DNA of 32,000 nucleotides from an uncultured bacterium (GTDB lineage Bacteria; Auribacterota; JACPWU01): NCBI GenBank assembly GCA_964640155.1, contig CAZXEQ010000008.1, positions 60,001 to 92,000 of the forward strand, read 5' to 3'; not shown here. More notes on it, generated by a model (position 1 is the first letter of the stretch). It saw only the letters and a program-made list of their open reading frames with translations, ran no database searches and was not told where the DNA came from.

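Overview
The window is AT-rich, prokaryote-type DNA that is almost entirely coding on the + strand and appears to hold only two genes. Gene 1 (8..9370) encodes a 3,120-aa, mostly alpha-helical, K/E/L-rich giant protein of unknown function. It is probably 5'-truncated by the window edge. A 196-bp spacer follows, carrying a sigma70-like promoter (TTGACC-17-TAGAAT) and an AAGGGGG Shine-Dalgarno. Gene 2 is NOT in the supplied ORF track. It starts at TTG 9567 and, by hand translation, runs with no in-frame stop to base 32000 (7,478 codons, 3'-open). The track presumably omits it because it has no stop in the window. Gene 2 encodes an N-terminal Sec-type signal peptide followed by more than 4,000 aa of divergent YD/Rhs-like repeats. 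These are organised hierarchically: 258-aa units x2 and 245-aa units x4, plus one further 245-aa copy downstream. After the repeats come at least two paralogous in-frame cassettes with the same order of parts: EHPDYI boundary motif, coiled coil, beta-rich block, about 200 aa of Gly/Ala-rich hydrophobic domain, then a unique enzyme-like region. Cassette A carries a full set of Zn-phospholipase-C-type metal-ligand motifs. Cassette B ends at the window edge in a lipase/esterase-like GHSxxG region. My reading is a giant, secreted, multi-payload polymorphic-toxin-like protein, possibly working with the upstream giant helical protein. Smaller oddities inside gene 2 are four copies of a short GC-rich palindromic mini-element kept in frame, an atypical non-repeat island with a 3x7-bp tandem repeat, and a perfect 14-bp tandem duplication whose copy number controls the reading frame. 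I found no RNA genes, CRISPR arrays, transposases or immunity-type small genes. All family assignments come from motif inspection only, with no homology search, and the taxon cannot be assigned.
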